A stretch of DNA of 64,000 nt from Amoebophrya sp. A120. Lineage: Eukaryota > Protista > Dinoflagellata. The position numbers and the translations under genes were made by a program. Positions 25,001 to 37,085 of the stretch are shown one piece after another (position 1 is the first letter of the stretch; each line of letters begins with the position of its first letter). The notes under the pieces are model-generated. The model was not told the origin of the DNA. It made no database searches and worked only from the letters and a program-made list of their open reading frames with translations. Location: the NCBI GenBank assembly GCA_905178155.1, contig CAJINV010000001.1, positions 6,233,860 through 6,297,859 on the forward strand, in the 5' to 3' direction.

Positions 25001-26522
25001 CCAGCCAAATTTTTGGCAGCGCGTCGGGTGCGGCCTTGCTGGATGATGAACAGGACCAGGCCTGGATTGACGACATGCTGTTCGATCCGGAGACCATGCG
25101 CACGGTGAAGGACAACAAAAGCACAAAGCACATGATGAAAATGGGCTTCATGAAGCTCAAATTCGCGCGCCACTTGCGGAAAGCGCTCCAGGCAATCCGG
25201 CAAAGACCCGCACACCTGCAGCACGGCGGGTTGCAGCAGGCGCGGCACGATGAGCGCGACCGGGGGAACATTCAAAATAAGCAGGTGCTGTTTCTTGCGG
25301 TTTCGCAACTCGACAAGGTGTTCCGGTGGCTGGGCTACGACGCGATGCCGGACTATTTGATCCGAAAATCGGCGGAACTGGGGATCGACTTCGCGGTGGA
25401 CCGGTATGACTTCCTGAAAATCGCAAAAGCGGTGAAGGACGTGATGCACATGTCCTTCTCCTTCCGCTGGGCCCAAATATCCCACCTGAACCCCTTGGAC
25501 AACCAACGGTATTGCACCTTCGCCAGCTTGACGTCGATGTTGAAGGGGTTGGGTTACGCGACGTCAGTGGCCATGGCCAATCGGGCGGCGCTGGAAACAT
25601 GTACAAGCAACGAACAGACTTTCATATTCCAGATTTTCTTTGTTGAAATTGAATTTTCATCATCTCAAGTTTTGTTTATGATTTTCAAAATAAAAATGAA
25701 ACGCAAAAAATAAAACGAGGTCCCGCTCTGGATTGGATTCTGAACCGCGAGAACATCGACCCCGGCACCCTTGCCATGATGACGGTGAGCGAACCCATCG
25801 CGTGGCCCACTGACTTGAGCATGGTCCAAAATGAGGAGACGCGAAAGATGCTAAAGACGAGGCAGCGCGTTACCCAGCAACGCGCGCAACTATTGAAGAA
25901 CCGCCGGAGCAGCAGCAGTAGTGCCAGTTTGGGCTCGCATGACTCTATGCCAGTCGCAGCAGCCGCAGCTGTTCCGGTAGAGTTAGCAGACCGAGTAGAC
26001 GGTGAAGATTCATTTGACGTCGATCGGCAAGTCACCGAGGAGGTGGATGACGAAAACGAAATTCCAGCCCATCTGCCGGTCTTTGACCCGCGCGCGACCG
26101 CAACGTCTGTGAACTTCGATCCGGTGAGCACGAAGCAGGATTTGTTCGAGACGGTGTTGAAAGACAAGTGGATGTCGGAAAAGCAGTGCCGAGACGCGTG
26201 CAGCGCCGCACGAAGAATGGCGAAAGAGAACTACCAAAAGTACAGCGGGTTCTCGGACGTGGAAGTACTGGAATTCAAGCAGCAGTTCATGCGGCACGCG
26301 GTGCGGGTGAGCGACTTGACCGAGGACCGGGCGCTCTTCGGGTTCGGCCTCCGGAAGGTGCTGCTGGACCTGTTCCCGGATGCCACGCGAGACCCCGCGG
26401 TACACGCACTCATGGCGGATGTGCTCGATGCGGTGGACCGGGACCGGTCGGGAACCATCGACTTCGCTGAGTACCTGCAAATCATGCGGGTACACACGGA
26501 CGCGAAACAGAATCTGTTGTAG
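19098..26522 (+). CDS. Large (~2,200 aa) multi-EF-hand calcium-binding protein
   Basis: Six ORFs join in frame via the element-intron (19321-19540, 215 bp removed) and GT-AG introns 21928-22095, 22400-22530, 23894-24043, 25601-25719. EF-hand loops DVDGSGGVDSEE and DRDRSGTIDFAE. Confidence 0.8.
19326..19535. mobile_element. MITE-like introner element (TAT...ATA, TSD CCCGC)
   Basis: ~33-bp TIR TATCCCACGAAAAAAGTGTTACAGTTACACATT vs TATCGCAAGAAAAAAGTGTGACAGTTACACATT; CCCGC at 19321-19325 and 19536-19540; removal gives EISSRPATSS in frame. Confidence 0.92.
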
Positions 26523-27630
26523 GAGGATGTGGATGAAATCATGTTGCGTTCGTGATGGTGATGGAATCGGGAAAAAAACTCACGTTGAGCATGAGGCACA
26601 GAAGTAAATGAAATCGCTACCGAGGTGTACTAAGTTTTTCATGCAAGAAGATGAATAGATGATAGAACATACAAGGAGTACATGTGGAAGTACCGATGTT
26701 AATCGATGTGATTTCAGAATTTCAGTTTCGACTAAAGTTTCATTTATCAAAAGTCAAGCGTTCTCTGTATGCGAGTTTCATCTTAGATTCAGTTTCCTGT
26801 AATGTAGTTTTACGAAAATATGCACAATGCGATCGAAATACACGTAATCGTAATACTAGTTGTGTCAAGAACTGTATAAAATTTTTGTGATGTTTGGTCA
26901 TATTCATAAACTGTTTTGTTGTCGTTTGTGGTGCTTGTTGTACTTAGGTTTGTGTATCATACTGCTTTCCCTGGGACTTCTGTAGATCGTCGCACTTTTT
27001 TCTGTACACTAGAGCGATTTGCACGCTCCGCGTTAGCGCGTAATATCATTTGTAAAATTCAAAATACAACGAGGAGGAGGAGGACGCAGATGAGATCCAT
27101 TTGAAGGATCAGTAAAGCCTCAAATAAGCCAAACTTGCAGTTGCGCTTTGGCAGTTCTATCGGATGTCAACATAGAGATACTAGTGCGACGAGGAGCGAA
27201 TGCGAAACGGGAGCACTTCACGGAGTGAATAGGTACAGACGCACTTGGATCTTGGAGTGCGTGGGGGGAGGCTTTAACAGGTTGTCCAGGTGTAAAACAA
27301 GACATATGTGGGACGAGCGCAGTTCAGTTTCTATTTCATCTCCTGTCATCAAAGTTGCAAGCTCCGGCCGTGCATCAAAGACAAAGAAAAGGAAGGTGAC
27401 AATTATGCGGAATGAAGAAAAAATAAAAAAGTAAATGACCACGGCAAGAGCGACAAAGATCCAACTACTTTCCTTTTTAGTTCATGAGTAGAGGTAGCAA
27501 CATCATCAAGGAAGTGTATGTTTGATGTGACACTGACATGATGGCGCCGACGAAATCTTAGTGGTTCAGTGGACAAGCTCCTGTACCGCGACTCCTTCTT
27601 GGTTGATCCTCGAAGGCTTCCGAGGACAAG

Positions 27631-30600
27631 ATGGCGGACGATTCGGCACAACACCCCGCCTATCCAACTAAGCCTTGCCTCGCCCCCGCACTCGACTTCT
27701 ATAACCACGGCTCGAAAATCAAGATGCAGATGAAAAAAAGCAGAATGTCAAGATGCCATTGAACAATCAATGGCCGCACCACAGTTAGAGGTACTGTTAG
27801 TGGCATGATCGGCTGTCAGCTGCATGCCCGAATAAAATAGCCACAAGTGGGTGCGAGGGTAGGGGTTTTGATTGACTTGGATACCGCCGGGAGCACGATG
27901 CTCAATAAGATGACAGCGGAAAAGGTGCCCGCTCGGCAAAATGCGGAGCGGAAAATGGAGGATGGCAGCGAGGTGAGCTCGAGTTTTTACATGGGGGAGT
28001 TTGAGGTGTACGGCACCATGGATGAACCTTTGTCGAAATACGGTCCCCACACGCACTTCAACTACAACCCGATAGCCTTAGCCAGTCCCTTTGTCATATG
28101 GGAGTGTCAGGATTGAAATCGTCAAAGTTGAAATGATTTGTCATGCATAATTTATGCAGAGGACGCATTTTTCTTATTAAAATGCGATGCAAAAAGTGAC
28201 TCTATTGCAGAGGACGCACGGAAGGCAGATTATAGTCCTGGCAAGGGTCAAAAGGTGGACTGCTGACTTGCATGACAGAAGGCAGCTCTTTTGCCCTAAA
28301 CCGCGTGACAGACTCGCTTCCAGGACCGCGAAAATTTGTCATGCGCCGACTACAAACTGTAGGTCTAACTGGTATCGATTTTATGCATGACAAACTATTT
28401 CAACTTTGACGATTTCAATCCTGACACTCCCATATGTCATCGGACGGGTCGCACACACCATGTTTGCCAGCTGGGAAGTCTGGAAAAACGTCTTGATCGT
28501 GTGGACGTACTAAGATGATTTTTTCTGTTTTTATTAAATTCTCGGCCCGGGGCCGGCGCCGGGCACGAATATGATCAAGAACCATCTTCAACATAAGAAA
28601 ATAGTTGATATGGACGAGACGGATTCCCAGCATGCATAGTACGGTTGTGATTTTGTTTTTGATAAAACTAACTAAAAAGATTGATCAGGGAAATGAAAAG
28701 AGAAAAAAAAACCGCAGTATCATGGTTTTTGCCGCGGTCACAACTGCCATTTTGACGAAGGACCCGAAGCTATCAAATGCAAATATGTCTGGGTCCTCTG
28801 GGACATTGCAAGATTTGTCATGCTATAGTCTGGCGTGACTCTGAGCTCTGCATTGCATGGCCGCGGAGAGCTCCTCCTCCCTGTCATGCAAAAACGCAGT
28901 TGCTCATGCAGAACACGCAACTCAGAACCATGAAAAAAACTTGTCATGCTTGGCAGCGCATTATAGTGAGCTCACTTCTCCCTTCCTTGCGTCACAAGTT
29001 TCCACACCCAGACATATTTGCAATGCATAGAAGCACGCACAGGATCACGAGATCTTGGACAAGATAATTGCGTTTTTCCGAGCTTTCATTGCGTTTATGT
29101 TGGGTTTATGCAATACAAATTTCCCGTACATGTACAACATGCATCAGAAATTTCACAACCTTAGGAGTAGAAGCAATTTGTCATGCTGCTGAGAATTTAA
29201 GGAAAAGTTTGTCATGCAGAGACCGCATCTCTATGTGTACGGGAAATTTCCTGTGGATAGGGTTTGTACGTGTCCCACGCCGCTGGGAGGTTCCACACCA
29301 TCGTGAACGAAATCATCAACTTATTCGACCACATTCGACAGCTGCAAACGGACTTAATCATGTACGGTGTCCCGGAAAAGGAGCTGCATATCGTGAGTGA
29401 TGTTGTTCAACATTTTCAGCTTATTTAGAAGCTTTTTATCACGAACACGATGGCGCTTGTTGAATTGCATCGTGCTGCTCCCAACTGAAGATTGATGGTC
29501 AGTTATAAACTAACTCAAACATCAATACAATATCAATCTACAACAGATCGAGCGGTACGGGGTCCTCTCCATGCGCATCTTCCACCAAGAGCTGAAGGAA
29601 ATCCACAATGACCCGCGTATGCGGAAGCAGGAGTGGAGCTATTTTTTCGACGATCTGGAGGAAAAGGGGTACCTGCAAGAGAAGGCGGAGAGAACGAGCC
29701 TCGAGAACAATCTAGTTGAGTCCAACGCGGACTGCTCCACGCTGTGCTACCTGTGGATCCAGAACCTCCTCATGCGGCTTGCAGTGGATGGCTACGTGCC
29801 GCCGCCACCATCGCCATCATTCAACCAGCTAGTAACCGAGGGGAAGCGCCAACCGCTGGCAAGTATCCAGCTGTGCAAACAGCTCACCGCGTTTCAGATG
29901 CCGTTCGGGTACTACATAAGATGACTTCTGCGTAGATATCGTTTGATTCATCTTCGAGTTCAGCGAATTACATCCAAGAGCTCGTGGTTTAGTTAGAAAA
30001 AGACCTGCTGGAGAAATGTGTTCATGCTAGTACACCAGCGTTGGCATGGAGTTTCAGTTACAGGATGCTGCACCCGCTCCTGACCAAGAATAAATTGAAA
30101 ATCATTTCAGCTACGCCCACATGCTAGCAGTGTTGATCCACTTGAACAACTGGCTGATGGGTCTTTCCGCCGGAGTGGCCATGGGCCTATGCATTTTGCA
30201 AAACAGCCGCATCGCTTACACGCATCTTGACATGCTCATGCAGGCGTATCAATACATAAAATTGAGTGCTGGGATGACGATGAACATGAACTCAAGTAGC
30301 GAATAAACGCTGGAGAAAGGAACAAGGGCATGCAGCCTTGTTCATCATGGGATGCCATAAGAAAATCTTAGGGAGGAAAAACAAGGAAGCAGTTTTCTTG
30401 AAAATAAAATTATCATGTCCACGAAGAATAAATGCGGCAGTTTTGCAAAGGATAAGGCTTTAACGTGAGCAACTTTGCGCGACAACTGTTCAAGGAACAT
30501 CGTTTTCCGATGACTCCGATAACGAATATCTCGGCCAAGTTCCTGTACGGGGGTCTCTTCCCCTTCTTCTTCCAGGGCTTCTTGCTTTCGGCGCTGATGA

Positions 30601-30963
30601 TGTCGTCGCCGTCCCTATCATGAGGAAAAAGAACCCCGTGCCAGCCCCGTGCCCGTACTTCTAAAATACATTGACGCTTATCATGCTGGATTAACGATTA
30701 GCAAGCTTTAGCAAGAAAACAAATGCAGCAGCAGATGCATAAGCATCTGGATTGGTTGTTCTGGCTGCGTCGGGACTGCCGCGGGTTTTTCCTTTTGATA
30801 GTCCCACCATTTACCGATCGCCCAGATGATCCGCACTCTGGAGCACGACCTGCTCGCGCAAGAGCACATCGCGAAGCACCCGCACCTGTGGGATCGCCCC
30901 TACCTGAAGCCGCCCCCGGAAGACAAGAAGAAAAAAAAGAAGGATGACTCGGAAAAAAAGTAG
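27631..30963 (+). CDS. Bestrophin-family anion channel, ~11 exons
   Basis: Reconstructed protein contains FIAFMLGLYVSHAAGRF, RYGVLS, QMPFGYAHMLAVLIHLNN, PFFFQGFLLSALMMSSP. Five element-introns plus GT-AG introns 28507-28717, 29393-29546, 29909-30110, and an ambiguous region 30244-30523. Stop TAG 30961-30963. Confidence 0.85.
27661..27883. mobile_element. MITE-like introner element (TAT...ATA, TSD CCGCC)
   Basis: Ends TATCCAA...TTGGATA with weaker subterminal complementarity; CCGCC at 27656-27660 and 27884-27888; removal gives MADDSAQHPAGSTML; in-frame stop if retained. Confidence 0.85.
28097..28434. mobile_element. MITE-like introner element (TAT...ATA, TSD TGTCA), youngest-looking copy
   Basis: ~54-bp near-perfect TIR (TATGGGAGTGTCAGGATTGAAATCGTCAAAGTTGAAAT..TTTGTCATGCATAA); TGTCA at 28092-28096 and 28435-28439; removal gives ASPFVIGRVAHTMF. 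Confidence 0.95.
28771..29029. mobile_element. MITE-like introner element (TAT...ATA, TSD GAAGC)
   Basis: 24-bp TIR TATCAAATGCAAATATGTCTGGGT vs TATGCATTGCAAATATGTCTGGGT; GAAGC at 28766-28770 and 29030-29034; removal gives KDPKHAQDHEILDK. Confidence 0.92.
29107..29259. mobile_element. MITE-like introner element (TAT...ATA, TSD GGGTT)
   Basis: TIR TATGCAATACAAATTTCCCGTACA vs TATCCACAGGAAATTTCCCGTACA; GGGTT at 29102-29106 and 29260-29264; removal restores the bestrophin motif FMLGLYVS. Confidence 0.92.
30616..30800. mobile_element. MITE-like introner element (TAT...ATA, TSD GTCCC)
   Basis: TIR TATCATGAGGAAAAAGAACCCCGTGCCAGCCCCG vs TATCAAAAGGAAAAACCCGCGGCAGTCCCG; GTCCC at 30611-30615 and 30801-30805; removal gives MMSSPSHHLPIAQM. 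Confidence 0.9.
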
Positions 30964-32228
30964 GCGACACGGACTGTCGCGCAAATCACTTGCTTAAAAA
31001 TACAAGTGACCATCGGGCGGGTGGGAATCAAGAACGAAGGACGAGAATTTCGCCGTCCGCAAGAGGAGCCTACATGGATATCTGTGGTTGAGTAAGACTG
31101 ATGATCTTTCACTTTAACTAAAGTGCCGCCAAGAAAAGAACAAAGAAATCAAAGATTCTTTGACGTCGTGTCAGAAAAGCTCACAGCAGGTTCAAGAATC
31201 GAAGTTGCGCCAGGCTTTGAAGGTGATGTAGCAGTGTTAATACAGATGCACATGTAACAAGAAAATCGCACTCGTCTCGCTTTTAGATAGTCTTCCTAGA
31301 AGATACGCATGGGAATTGTAATCGAATGAAACACACGAGAAATAATTGACAGACGCTGGTATCGTGGCATGATCATGATGAATATGTACTCTGTCTTCAA
31401 CATCAAGTACACACACAAAACTTTAACTTTAACTTTGTCAACAAGCCTACAAGGCAAAAAGTAGTCGTAGTCCTTCTTTTCTTCAACAATTTGAGAATAC
31501 AGCAAAGCAAAGTTTTTCGGTGTTACGTGTAGGTTTTTAAAGGTCTGCTCAGTCGCAGCTCTACCAAATGCAAATGACGTTTCGTTTTTTATCACCAAAT
31601 GAGCCTGTAAAATTCTTCACTCCAACTTCATAACGAACGCTTCTAAGAGATTAAGGTAAATGTGAACAGCTGACGAGAAGGAAACGCCTCGAGGTTCGTC
31701 TTGGTATTTTGTGTTCCCTCTCGTGGAATTGCTAATCGTAGCCTCGCAACGTCGACGAGGAGTCTAACAGGACACACTAAGGACCACTGTCGGTCGTGTA
31801 TGTTGGAAGCAGATTCAACAGATCGCATGCTGTGTAAGTATGGACCACGCGGACCAAGATATATAGTGCGTGGAAACGAAGGAATGCGAATGTGACGAGG
31901 AAGAAGTACTAGAACCTCAAACAACGCCCGACCTTCTTCAGATGCTTCAACTAGGCGAGGCTCCACGTTTCTACTTCGGTCTTGACTAAACACTCCCCGC
32001 AGCCCGCGGCCACCAGTGCACCTCCTTCCTCGTATTCGTTTACCGCAGTACTACGAGTGTACAACTTGAGGTTAGTTTATACAGGTGACAAGATTTATTT
32101 TAGACATGATTTGTCTCCAATGAATTGTCAATCCCAGTTTAAGTCTAGCCCAGCGCAAGAAAGATCTTTCCTGTCAGGCTTTTTATCCAAGAAGAAAAGG
32201 AACAACGCGGGCAAGCGCAAGAACGAAA

Positions 32229-34098
32229 ATGGCAGCAACGTTCTCTACGAGTAAACAGGTGATAATTCCTGAGGGCCGCGGCCGGGTGCGAAATTTTGTT
32301 GGTACCGATGCGGGCCAAGTGACGCTGTCTTCGAAACACGACCTGGGTCGCGTCGAGCAGGACTGGTCAGAGTTTGACCAAACGCGAACGCTTGTCAAGG
32401 GCGCAATAACGCAGGCGGTGCGCGATTTCCAACAGAACTCTGCACACGAAAGTTCAGGCAGCGTGCCGGTGCTAGTCCGCCAGGACGATTCCCTAGATTC
32501 CACCGCTGCTGCAGCGGGCGCAGGCGGGGGAACAAATGTCAAGCCGGGAGGTATGCTCCGAAGACCTTAGAAACAGGAGTTTGTAATGGTTTGATCTTGC
32601 TCGAAGTGCCAGTGTCGTGTCTCTTTGGAAACTTCTTGATGACTTCATCAAGTTCCTGCACAACAGAGCAGCTGCACTCTCTCATAGTTATCTTTGTCCA
32701 TGATTCACTCAGGCCCTCATGCTGCCGTTGGCCGCAAGCCTAAGACCGGCGAAAAGTTTGACCCCGACGCGTCCTACAGTTACAGCGAGAAGTTTTACCA
32801 ACCGGGAAAAGGCGGTGGCTCCCGGTCACACAACGTTAGCCAGGAACTTTCTCGCAGCAGCTGCAGCACGCAGTACGTCGGGCAGGGCTCCGCGAGGAGG
32901 CCGCACAAGGCCGGTCCCGCTCCGGGACAGTATCAGTGGAAGGACGAAGTACACTTGACAAGACCCGGGCAGTTCAGCATTGTCGTGCCGGACCGTAGCA
33001 AGCTAGATCCCAATGTAAGTTAAAGTCTTCATGAGCTGCATTTACAACTTGATCTTGATTTCCATACTCCTTGCATTGCTGCTTTCCCTTTCCCTGAAGA
33101 TTCTAATCGCGGTGCTGGATGTGAATCCCGAATTCAGATGAAAATCTATGTCGAAATATCCCTTGTCGCAGGTTGCTGCCTGGGTATCTGCAAGCACAAG
33201 CGAGACGTTGAAGCCACCGCCGGGTGCATACGGTGATCTTTCGAAAATAAAGCCGCAGGGTGGGGCTGTGAAACTCCGCACAGTGTCTCTCGGCGCGTCC
33301 AAGGCAGAACGAACGGCGCCCATATGAAAGTGGAGAACTGCAGCTCTCCTCCCCATCCGCTCTCGAAGGGCATTGACATATTGAAGAAGATCAAGGTATT
33401 GAACTACAAAAAAGCAACAACTCGCGACGCAATCACTGCCCAGGTCAAAGCTCTTTGATGCAAGCCAGGGGGACGAGGGGGAGTCCGAGTTGTGCACTTT
33501 CATATCCGAAGGCTTTCAGTAACGACCTGATGTACAGACTACCGCCGCTGTTTGGAACTTGGAGGCATCCCACAATTCACGTCGCACAGGGTTTCTCCGT
33601 CCAGAGCTGCGAGCGGAAATTCCTATCGTATTCATTTTCCTAAGCACTATTTACTTAATAAGATTTGTTAGATCATGATGTTCCCTTTCGAAATCGAAGC
33701 GTTGGTGGTATGCAAATTATGTCAATGAAACTTTGATTGCCTGCTAAAGATTTTCCCAATCCTTCTAAATACTTATGCGTGGCACCTTTCCCAACTGTAT
33801 CTGTTGACAGTGAAGCATACAAGTCCAAATAAAGTAGAAACCAACGCAAGCTCAAAATCTTTCCAGCGCACGCGAGGACAGTTGGTTGCCGCTGCAGACC
33901 AGTAACCAGACGCCGGGCCCTGGAGAGTACGCGAATCCACGGTGGCTGGAAGGAAAGAAAAAGAGCACGCTGCTCGGCCACTTTCACAACCCGAAGAAGG
34001 GCCCGGCGTTCGGGCGTCGTATCGACAACTTGTCGACGCTGCGACCGTCCTGGATTCCAGACACCTTCTCGGTACGGCACTTCCGGAGTATCACGTAG
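32229..34098 (+). CDS. SHIPPO-repeat / ODF3-like (flagellar) protein
   Basis: Repeats PAPGQY, PPPGAY, PGPGEY. GT-AG introns 32551-32712, 33015-33171, 33260-33443, 33628-33866 keep the frame to TAG 34098. Confidence 0.7.
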
Positions 34099-35310
34099 GA
34101 ACTCGAACTCGTCGATTGGCCCGCATAATTCTCGCTGCTTGCGCCTTAGCAGCGTTTAATTATGTTTGTTTCCATTTCCTCCAAGTCCAACATGGGCATT
34201 GTAATTGTATGATGATAGGCGCCGGCTTTCTTCTGTCACCAGCAGAGCCAACTTACAGCAAATGAACCTGCTGCTCGCGGAACAGTTTCTGCCCCTGTGA
34301 CTGTGTGTAAGATTCGCATTATCGTTGAGTAAAGCAAAACAGAAAACAGAGAGTCGAATCATGCGACACCGCATGCGAGAACAAGAAGGACGAAAAGGAA
34401 GATCATTTGATGTTCTACACCTGGAAAAAGCCTCCAATATTGGCCGTTTTTTTGTCATCAACGCTTCCGACATCAAAAACAAGTCAAAGTTTGGGCTAAG
34501 AAAAAGAAAACCGGATATTAGTATGGGTGTGCTTGTTTCAGGTGCGCATTGATTGGTCGTCAGTCGGTGTAGTTTTTCGTCCGCCGTTGATCTGCTAATT
34601 TTCCGCGGCTCCTCCAAGAACTTTCCGTTCATCAACTACATCTTTTGCTGGTCAGAGAATCACTATTATGCCATGATGGTGCTATTTTTGCTAGTCCTAG
34701 TGGTTTCGCCCCGTGGTGTCGTGGCCTTTGTTTTTTCGCTTTCGCATTCGTAGGTGTCGTGATGGTGATGATGCATAAACAAAAACGAAGGGTCATAGTA
34801 TGAACAGTCGTTTTTTTTTGTTCAGGTGTCTCCTGGTCGTAAATTGAATCGGTGGGTTTTTTGTTTTGATTGATTGCACACCTATTGTTGCTGACGCCGT
34901 CGACAGAAACATCTCTTGAATGTCAGATGTGTCTTTTGGTTTTGCGAGTAGAGTACCCACCCAGCACTTCTAATCAAAGACAAGGAAACAGAAAGCGCCT
35001 AAAAACCGCCGCAGACAGCGCAATGGAATCCCAGCAAAACATATAACAGATACAGAAAACACGCGTCAAACTGAAATTTTGCAAAAGGAAAAATAAGAAT
35101 AACAGCAACGGCTTCATCTACTTGGCCTTACGTTACAACTGTGCTCACGGTTACCACGCTTAGTCGTTTTATTCAACATTCGGTCTACGTCTCCGTCAAC
35201 ATATCTGCACTTCAATAGCTCGTCGTGATCGTGACAGGCCAAAATAAAGCTATCGACTCTAATAAAAGATACTGCTCATCGATCCTCGAGATTGAAAACA
35301 GATTTAGAAA

Positions 35311-37085
35311 ATGACAGCGGCAACATCTTCTTCCGCACGTGGAGGGAGCAAGGGCGTTTCCCCGCGGCGGGGCGGCGGCACGCCGCGATCCCAGGGCGCC
35401 GGAGGTGGAGCGGCGAAAGGAACCGCTGACGACAAGAAGGCAAGCAAAGCAGCCGCAGGTCAGGCCTTAACAACGCCAACCTCCACTCCGCGTAGTCCCA
35501 CGGCGAACAATCGTGGAAGCGGCTGGGACCGACTCACTAGTGACAGTTCAACTGCCACTTCTCCGCTGGAATCCGCCCTGGAGATGCTGAAGCACCCGGC
35601 CGTGCTGATTGTTCTGGTCGTGGTTCTGGTTGTCTTCGGCCCGTCCCAGCCGCTCACGCCCGAAGCGCAGGACCGGATGGTGAAGGCCATTGTGGAAGAG
35701 CAGAACAGCGGGAAGTTCGCTTCCACGGAGGACGTGCAGATCCTGGAAAAAAACCTCCACTCTGAGATGGACAAACGCGCCACGACGGAGGAAGTGCAAA
35801 CTCTGAAAGACAACCTGCAGGACGACCTGCGCGCGGTGTTGGATACACGAGTGGCAGAGGTTACCGCTGCAAGTACCGAGACTTTCACCCAGTTTTCCGA
35901 TACCTGGGGCTCCTCTCTGTCGAATGTCACGGTAAGCTGCGCTGGTGGTGGTGCTCCTGCTGTTCGTTTGATTATTGCATGCTCTCGATATTAATGACAT
36001 TTTTATCATAATCAAAATCATGTGATATATACTAATACTACACACCCACGATCATGTTTTCATCGACGATCCACCACAGGAGAATGTCGAGAGCTTGACT
36101 TCCCGGGTGACCTCGCAACAAGAGAGCAGCGCGAAGCAAAGCGGGCTCTTGACAGAGCTGCAGGATACCATCACGAACTTGCAAACCGAAGTGCAGCAGT
36201 TGCGCGAAAAGCTAGCGGAGGTGCCAGCGCTGGTCACAACTTCTCACGAAGGGGCTGGTGCCAAGACCTCTCGTCCTGCTGTTGGCGAACACTCGGAACC
36301 CTCCCCAGCAACATGCGGTGTGATTTCATCCAACACGGCAGTCGCGCGCCTGAACTGGGCCTCGAGGAGCCTCGGCGCCGCGATCAAGAATGCCAGCCCG
36401 GCCCGGGGCGTCGGCACGTGGCACAAACCCCTGAACCTGGTCGGGCAATTCGTGCTCCCGCAGGAAACCCTCGCTAAGATGACCCTGCGAACCAGCAAGA
36501 CGGCGGACGAACTGTTGCTGCCGACGCCACCCATTCCCGGCGAGGCGTTCTCAACCAAGCTGCCAGGTAGTGTTATTGCAAGGCAGGATGAACGTCTTCT
36601 TGGTTCTTGTATGTCATGTGCGACACTTGCTTCTTGAAGCTATGCGTTACAATTACAACTTCTACAGCTGTTGTAGCCCCCCGTGTCACCGCTAAGTCAC
36701 TAACTACCAGTTTACCAGCATTGAAAATGATGAACCGTCACTTGAGTCCAACATCAAACTTCCAGGCTTCGTGCATGTGAGTCTCGGCCTACCCCTGTCT
36801 CGCGTGACCAAGGTGGGCCTGCGCCACCTGATCCCTGCCCTCACGCCCAACCCGAAGTCGGCGCCGCGGGAGTTTTCCGTGCAGGCAGTTTCGCAGAACA
36901 AGACGGAGAATGAGCTGGAGACACATCAGAAGAAATTTAACTTCGTGTTCCAGGAGACGCTCGGGCTGCAGGTGTTTGACGTGCAGTTTCCCTCTCCGGT
37001 AAAGGAGTTGCGATTCGACTTTCACTCCTCCTGGGGGACCGACTACGTCACCCTGTTTCGACTCGAAGTTTACGGGGAGGTGTAG
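35311..37085 (+). CDS. SUN (Sad1/UNC-84) domain nuclear envelope protein
   Basis: Basic N-terminus, TM (AVLIVLVVVLVVFG), coiled coil, then NWASRSLGAAI, SAPREFSV, WGTDYVTLFRLEVYG. GT-AG introns 35932-36079 and 36567-36765. Confidence 0.88.
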
